From contig JBDRPL010000027.1 of the NCBI GenBank assembly GCA_043827025.1, forward strand, positions 1 through 12,489: a DNA stretch of 12,489 nt, in the 5' to 3' direction. The notes beneath the pieces are model-generated. The model had not been told where the DNA came from, ran no database searches, and worked only from the letters and a program-made list of their open reading frames with translations. Position 1 is the stretch's first letter; each line of letters opens with the position of its first letter. The position numbers and the translations under genes are program-made. Origin of the DNA: Candidatus Micrarchaeota archaeon. GTDB taxonomy: Archaea > Micrarchaeota > Micrarchaeia > Anstonellales > Bilamarchaeaceae. This document shows, in pieces, positions 7,432-12,489 of the stretch.

Positions 7432-8555
7432 GCCTTGAAATGAATAGAAAAAAGATTGACGAAGTCGACAGAAGGATAGTTGAACTGATATCTGAAAGGA
7501 TCAAGATTGCAAGGCAGATTGGAGAGGAAAAGGAAAAAAGCGGGAAAGGCGTTTATGATCCGAAAAGAGAAGAAGAGTTATTGAAGAAGATAGAGCAGAT
7601 TGCGCAGAAGAAAGGACTTGATGTGCAAGAGTTGAAAAGAATTTTTATTGACATATTCTACGTTTCCAAGAAAGAGCAGGCAAAGGCTGCAAAGGCCAAG
7701 AGAATAGAGGCTTACGGCAAACAGAAAATAAGGGTTGGTTTCCAAGGAACGCGGGGGGCATACAGTGAAAGCGCAATGAAACTTGCATTTCCTCATTCTA
7801 TAGCTGTAGGATTCAGGCTATTCAGCCAGCCGTTTGATGCGCTTGTGAATGAAAAAATAGATGTGGCAGTGATACCAATTGAAAACTCAACATTTGGAAG
7901 CGTACTTCCAGTCTATGATTTGCTGATGAATTTGGATGTAAAGGCAGTTGGAGAAATAAAACTGCCGATAGAACATTGCCTGCTCGGAATACAAGGTTCA
8001 GAACTGAAAGATATAACTGAGGTATATTCCCATCCCCAGGCTCTTGCCCAATGCAGAGACAGCCTTGCCAGAATGAAAATCAAGCAAGTCGAATGTTTTG
8101 ATACTGCAGGTGCTGCTGAGATGGTTGCTAAGAAGAAAGACCGAAAGATGGGTGCAATTGCTTCTGAAAATGCTGCTGGGATTTATGGCCTAAAAATTTT
8201 GAAGAAAGGAATACAGGACAAATCAGGTAATATGACCCGGTTCCTTGTTTTTGTAAGAAGCAATGACAAAGTTGATTGGCAAAAAGACAAATCAAAACAA
8301 TATAAAACCTCCATAATCTTCAGCGTTCCACATGTTACAGGCTCTTTGTTCAAGGCTTTGAAGATTCTGGCGGACAACAAAATAAATTTGACAAAGATAG
8401 AGTCACGCCCAACAGGAAAGGTGACGTGGGAGTATTTATTTTACATAGATTTCATAGGCAATTTGGAAGATACAGAAATAAAGAAAATCATGGACAAATT
8501 TAAAGAACAGACGCAGTATTTGAGATTAATAGGGAGCTATCCGACAAGTGATTAA
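7428..8555 (+). CDS. pheA: P-protein: chorismate mutase (AroQ type) / prephenate dehydratase with ACT domain
   Basis: N-terminal RKKIDEVD..IVELISER..A.QIG..K...VYDPKRE; PDT motifs FQGTRGAYSE, PIENSTFG, SHPQALAQC, DTAGAA, NMTRF; ACT motif NLTKIESRP..WEYLFYIDF. ATGA overlap with the aroC stop. Confidence 0.96.
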   Translation: MSLEMNRKKIDEVDRRIVELISERIKIARQIGEEKEKSGKGVYDPKREEELLKKIEQIAQKKGLDVQELKRIFIDIFYVSKKEQAKAAKAKRIEAYGKQKIRVGFQGTRGAYSESAMKLAFPHSIAVGFRLFSQPFDALVNEKIDVAVIPIENSTFGSVLPVYDLLMNLDVKAVGEIKLPIEHCLLGIQGSELKDITEVYSHPQALAQCRDSLARMKIKQVECFDTAGAAEMVAKKKDRKMGAIASENAAGIYGLKILKKGIQDKSGNMTRFLVFVRSNDKVDWQKDKSKQYKTSIIFSVPHVTGSLFKALKILADNKINLTKIESRPTGKVTWEYLFYIDFIGNLEDTEIKKIMDKFKEQTQYLRLIGSYPTSD

Positions 8556-8556
8556 C

Positions 8557-9639
8557 ATGCTTTACAAAATAACTGAAAAGATATTCCAGCTTGAGCAAAA
8601 AGGAGAGAAAATATACAAAATGAATATTGGCGAGCCGGACTGGCCAAGCATTCCCGAAGCTGTGGATGCTGCTAAGAAAGCGTTGGATGAAGGCAAAACC
8701 AAATATGCATCTGCCCAAGGTGAAAAAGAGTTGCTTCAGCTTGCTGCAAAGATGCATAAATGCGACACCAAGAACGTAATTGTAAGCACAGGTTCGAAAT
8801 GGGCTATATTCTCTGCGATTTATTTGAATGTGAAACCTGATGAGGAAGTAATTGTGTTTTCTCCGCACTGGACTGCGTTCGAACTGATGATCAAACAGGC
8901 AGGTGCCAAACCAGTCATCATTGACTTGAAATTTGAGGATAAATGGGCAATTGATCTTGAATTTCTGAAATCCAAAATCGGGCCGAAAACCAAGATGATA
9001 ATACTGAACAACCCTGTGAATCCGACAAGCCATGCCTGGAGCGAAAAGGTTGAACAGGGGATAATTGAAATTGCCAAAGAAAAAAGAGTCCTGGTTCTAT
9101 TAGATACTGCATATCGTGGACTCGCTTTCGACAAGATGAAAGATCCTGTTTATGATGAGAATGTGATAATCGCCTATTCATTTGCAAAGCCATTCGGAAT
9201 GACTGGCTGGAGACTTGGACATACATGTGCAAACGAAGAGATAGTGAAAAAGATGATGAAGTTTAACCAGATAACACTTACCAATACACCCGTCTTCATC
9301 CAGGCTGCAGGGATAGAGATGCTGAAGCAAAGAGATTCACTTGGGAAGAAGGCGGTTGAGTATTGCAAGGAAAGGGCCAAGGTTGCCATGGAGATATTTG
9401 ACAAAGGCGGAATGGAATATACAAAGCCAAAGGCTGGATTTTATTTGTTTCCTAAACTAAACAGGAGCGGGATTGAAGTTGCAAATGAACTGCTTGACAA
9501 ATATAAAATTGCAGTTGTTCCAGGCGCAGCATTCGGAAACTATGATAGATTTGTGAGGATCTCATTGTGCTATTCTGGGAAAACGCTTGAAGGGATAATG
9601 GAGAAGATAGTTGAGGTATCCAAATGCAAATTGCAATAA
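8557..9639 (+). CDS. PLP-dependent class I/II aminotransferase (AspC-like; probably the aromatic aminotransferase of this operon)
   Basis: Motifs NIGEPD, TKYASAQG, NNPVNPT, DTAY, SFAKPFGMTGWRLG (PLP Lys), GFYLFP, VVPGAAFG, VRIS. The ATG at 8557 follows GTGA and the pheA stop; the GTG at 8548 is an alternative start. Substrate inferred from context. Confidence 0.92.
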   Translation: MLYKITEKIFQLEQKGEKIYKMNIGEPDWPSIPEAVDAAKKALDEGKTKYASAQGEKELLQLAAKMHKCDTKNVIVSTGSKWAIFSAIYLNVKPDEEVIVFSPHWTAFELMIKQAGAKPVIIDLKFEDKWAIDLEFLKSKIGPKTKMIILNNPVNPTSHAWSEKVEQGIIEIAKEKRVLVLLDTAYRGLAFDKMKDPVYDENVIIAYSFAKPFGMTGWRLGHTCANEEIVKKMMKFNQITLTNTPVFIQAAGIEMLKQRDSLGKKAVEYCKERAKVAMEIFDKGGMEYTKPKAGFYLFPKLNRSGIEVANELLDKYKIAVVPGAAFGNYDRFVRISLCYSGKTLEGIMEKIVEVSKCKLQ

Positions 9640-10262
9640 TCGGAAACGGCAGGATGGGCAGATGGTTTGCCGAATACTTCAGGAAGAAAGGGTTTGTTGT
9701 TTCTGTGTATGAAAAGGAAAATAAACTGGATGACATTTACCTTGCCAATTACGTGATGGTTGCTGTTACTCTTGACAAAACAGATGATGTACTAAGGCAA
9801 ATTACAGGCAAGGTTCATGCGGATCAAATAGTATTTGATATTGCGTCTGTAAAGTCGCACATCATCAACGAAATCAAGAAATTAAAATGCCGAATTGCAA
9901 GTATTCATCCAATGTTTGGCGAGTCTGCTAAGGATTTAAAAGGCCAAGAGGTCGTCATAATTTCCAATATCGGGAAGAAAGCAGAACATGAGGAAATGAA
10001 AGGGCTGTTCAAAGAGGCTAGGTTAAGCCAGATGACAGTTGAAGAACATGACAAGATGATGGCATATTCACAGGTCCTTCCCTACTTATTGGCATTGACA
10101 TTCGGCAGGATGACAAAAGGCAAGAAGCTGATAGAGCCTCCAGTCTTCCAGATGCAGAAGAAAGTCTATGAAAAGGTAATGGAAGAAGAAGAGATGGTGA
10201 AACAGATAATAATGTTGAATCCTTATGCCAAGGAAGTTGCTAAGGAGATTGGAAAGGGATAG
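9624..10262 (+). CDS. tyrA: Prephenate/arogenate dehydrogenase family protein (compact TyrA)
   Basis: Rossmann motif IAIIGNGRMG, DIASVK, catalytic SIHPMFG and EEHDKMMA. SD GAGGT at 9613-9617. Overlaps the aminotransferase by 16 nt. Confidence 0.9.
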   Translation: MQIAIIGNGRMGRWFAEYFRKKGFVVSVYEKENKLDDIYLANYVMVAVTLDKTDDVLRQITGKVHADQIVFDIASVKSHIINEIKKLKCRIASIHPMFGESAKDLKGQEVVIISNIGKKAEHEEMKGLFKEARLSQMTVEEHDKMMAYSQVLPYLLALTFGRMTKGKKLIEPPVFQMQKKVYEKVMEEEEMVKQIIMLNPYAKEVAKEIGKG

Positions 10263-10354
10263 AATATTACTTTGCCTATGGTTCAAATAGGGATGAAGAG
10301 AGAATGAATTTTGGTATAACTGGCGTACTGATACGGTGTGAAATTTATGGGGGT

Positions 10355-11167
10355 TTACTGTGAAGATGTTTGATCATATTTAATAATCGCCTTGACTGAA
10401 GACACACAATCCGCTCTAAACTTTAGAAAAAAATCATGCCGTAACGAAATTTCGTTGCATAAGCTTAGGTTTTTCGAACTTATTGCCAAAGCGATTTGAC
10501 GAGACCCAAAATAATAATCATCTTCTTTATATTCACTTGTACTATTAAATCCATTTAAGCTTCTGTCTACATTGAGTACACAATGTTCTTTGGGTTTTGC
10601 GTGATACTTTGAACTTATCTTATCACATAGTGATTTATCTTCAAAAAGAGCTGCAAAATAGTAATAACACTGATAACTTTCCATGTCGTCGCAGGCTATT
10701 AAATCTTCCCTTGTGGTATCAGCTATATCAAGATCGGACAGCACTCTTTCAAAACAATTGTACCTAGTAACGTTTGTATATGGGACAAACTCTTCATATT
10801 TAATTTCATAACAATACTTCGGATCCATTAATAAAATAGCTTGATTAAATGCCTGATAATCTAATACTTTTCCAACATCCTGAATACACGTTTTTTCATC
10901 ATTCATGGAAGCGCCAGGGCTACGAGAAACAATCGGACTAGCAAATACTGGAGAATGCTTGCATAAATCCGGATTTTTCTCTTCTATTGCTTTATCTACG
11001 ACACAAAAATACTGTTTAAAATAGGAATCCATTCCATCGTAAGAAGTACTGTGATCTATCGGGTAAGCACACTCAACCAAGGTTGTTTCTCTCCTAACAT
11101 CGGAATTACTCGTACAACCAAAAAGGCAAAACACCAAGATCAATAATATCAATTTCTTCATTTCCAT
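10355..11167 (-). CDS. Predicted secreted/lipoprotein with paired-cysteine repeats
   Basis: Signal/lipobox-like (ME)MKKLILLILVFCLFG|C, 12 further Cys, and repeats AIEEKNPDLC, AILLMDPKYC, AALFEDKSLC, AISSKNLSLC. Start could be 11161, 11167 or 11185; an AT-rich TATA-like TATTATTAA at 11200-11192 favours about 11167. Confidence 0.85.
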   Translation of the reverse strand: MEMKKLILLILVFCLFGCTSNSDVRRETTLVECAYPIDHSTSYDGMDSYFKQYFCVVDKAIEEKNPDLCKHSPVFASPIVSRSPGASMNDEKTCIQDVGKVLDYQAFNQAILLMDPKYCYEIKYEEFVPYTNVTRYNCFERVLSDLDIADTTREDLIACDDMESYQCYYYFAALFEDKSLCDKISSKYHAKPKEHCVLNVDRSLNGFNSTSEYKEDDYYFGSRQIALAISSKNLSLCNEISLRHDFFLKFRADCVSSVKAIIKYDQTSSQ

Positions 11168-11202
11168 CCCATTTCCGTTTCGCATTCATTCTTAATAATA
11201 TT

Positions 11203-11309
11203 ATGTGGGAGTCAGGAAATAAGTCTTCAGTCTCGGGTTTCCAGTCTTGAGTCCCAAAACCGAAAAATCGGAACAGAGAACACTTCTGCCCCCCCTCTGG
11301 CTGGCTCAA
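11203..11309. repeat. Bipartite dispersed repeat, copy 2 (longer internal segment)
   Basis: Same end motifs as 84-141. The 71-nt middle contains an imperfect 14-nt tandem (CAGTCTCGGGTTTC / CAGTCTTGAGTCCC) and the hairpin CCGA-AAAA-TCGG. Confidence 0.7.
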
Positions 11310-12079
11310 TTTATTGAATCAAGACAACCCTCTGGATTTTTTATGGAAATACTGCGGTTGAGGTCAACATAACTCCTTATAACAAATCCTGACTTTTTAG
11401 CAATAGTGTATTCTTCCTTTAGTAATGAAAGAGAAGAAGATCCGCAATATTCTTTTACCAAGACATAATGCACTCTAATAAAATGAGTAGAATCTTCATT
11501 TATGAAAGAACTGAGTATCCTATACGCGGATGATGTATGGTAGTCTGCAAAGTTTAGTTCATTGAATATAAATGCGACATTATCACGATTGATACTGCTT
11601 GTATTCATACGCCCATATGTGATTTCATCTGTTCTTGTCATGTTTGCATAATCGCATCTTAGAACCCAGTTTATTGTTGTTTCATTGCAACAAAAAGGAC
11701 AGTATTTACTTTCAAACTCAAAATATCTGGATGTTTTATTTACTTTGAGGATCTCTTGGAGTGGGTATCCACTATATTTTCGTAATATATTTTCTGTATC
11801 ATTACGATTATCTGCACACTCGAAAAGAGATAAGATGCTAGTGCCATTTCCATATTCACTGTATTGTAGATTTGCAGCCCATGCAAGTTCCTGGTCAGTG
11901 AACGTTGTTTTATTTCCCTCAAAAATAGGTTGAGGATAACCAAATGATTTAGGTTCATTAACTGTAGAAATGTTTGTCTGATTATTTTCTAATGCAATAG
12001 TTCAATTCTTCCCAGCATTCTGCTGCTGGACACATCCTAGCATAAGGAAAACGACAACCAAGGCTAATATTTTCTTCAT
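11306..12079 (-). pseudogene. Predicted lipoprotein/surface glycoprotein gene (257 codons) interrupted by one in-frame TGA at codon 26
   Basis: Manual translation: ATG 12079 MKKILALVVVFLMLGCVQQQNAGKN-TGA(12004-12002)-TIALENNQTNIST... stays open in the same frame through the Met at 11641 to the TGA at 11306. Many N-x-S/T sequons are present. Confidence 0.8.
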
Positions 12080-12103
12080 AGTAAAACATATCCTCATCAA
12101 AGT

Positions 12104-12489
12104 TTAATTTGATTTGGCTGACCATTCTTTTGAATTATATGAAACAATTTCCATTTTGACAGAAACAGAACCTGTCATTTTGTCTACCTTATATACTGAT
12201 TTTGTTAAATCAATAGTTTGATATCTGTCAAGTAACCCGCTATGTATATAAAATTGAGTTCCTTCAAAATAGTCTCCTTTATCTACTACAAAAGAACTTA
12301 GAATTGACAAATATGCTTCTCGGTATATCAAAGAATAATCCATAAAGTCTTCTACAACTTCGTTAGTCAATGGTCTTTTGTTGATATTGCCTAGAACTCC
12401 ATTAATTTGATCTATCGTAGAATTTGAAGTATTGAGATAGCTGCATTTATGGACTCTTAAAAAATCACCTGAAACATCATTTAAGACAT
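12104..12489 (-). CDS. 5'-truncated hypothetical protein, paralogue of the 11306-12079 product
   Basis: The frame of the 88-aa track ORF is open to the window edge (VLNDVSGDFLRVHKCSYLNTSNSTIDQINGVLGNINKRPLTNEVV...) and shares colinear motifs with the downstream gene. Confidence 0.8.
   Translation of the reverse strand, partial: VLNDVSGDFLRVHKCSYLNTSNSTIDQINGVLGNINKRPLTNEVVEDFMDYSLIYREAYLSILSSFVVDKGDYFEGTQFYIHSGLLDRYQTIDLTKSVYKVDKMTGSVSVKMEIVSYNSKEWSAKSN

Noticed and set aside
1981..10286. Numerous 60-180 aa antisense or alternate-frame ORFs overlapping the operon genes (also 739-927 and 1027-1404)
   Set aside because: They are shadow ORFs of strongly conserved genes, with no recognisable motifs.
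11685..11958. ORFs 11685-11933 (+) and 11740-11958 (-)
   Set aside because: The region is better explained by the TGA-interrupted 12079-11306 frame, which has a signal peptide and a paralogue.
11207..12004. Selenocysteine or genetic code 4/25 explanation for the in-frame TGA
   Set aside because: No archaeal SECIS GAA/A consensus is recognisable in the 3' element, the codon is not in a redox motif, and TGA serves as stop for aroA-aroC.

Overview
Probably archaeal DNA: it has TATA-like boxes about 26-30 nt before start codons, GGTGA/GAGGT ribosome-binding sites and short 'MKK...LxGC' signal peptides. These are reminiscent of DPANN lineages such as Micrarchaeota, but the taxon is inferred, not shown. 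The centre (1857-10262, +) is a tightly packed aromatic amino acid operon with ten enzyme activities in six genes: a TrpB1 without an adjacent trpA, an AroD-AroE-AroK triple fusion, an AroA-AroC fusion, PheA (chorismate mutase/prephenate dehydratase), a class I aminotransferase and a compact TyrA. The shikimate steps are in pathway order, but steps 1-2 and the other trp genes are absent from the window. Left flank: a divergent 506-aa protein with a C-terminal caspase-clan-like His/Cys dyad, followed by a structured GC-rich non-coding region. Right flank: three minus-strand predicted surface or lipoprotein genes. Two of them are diverged paralogues, and one of those is a 257-codon gene broken by a single in-frame TGA, which the ORF track shows only as its 3' part. 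Non-coding signals include four tandem hairpins that encode the TrpB C-terminal tail, and a bipartite repeat (conserved ends, variable middle) at 84-141 and 11203-11309 that brackets the whole operon.
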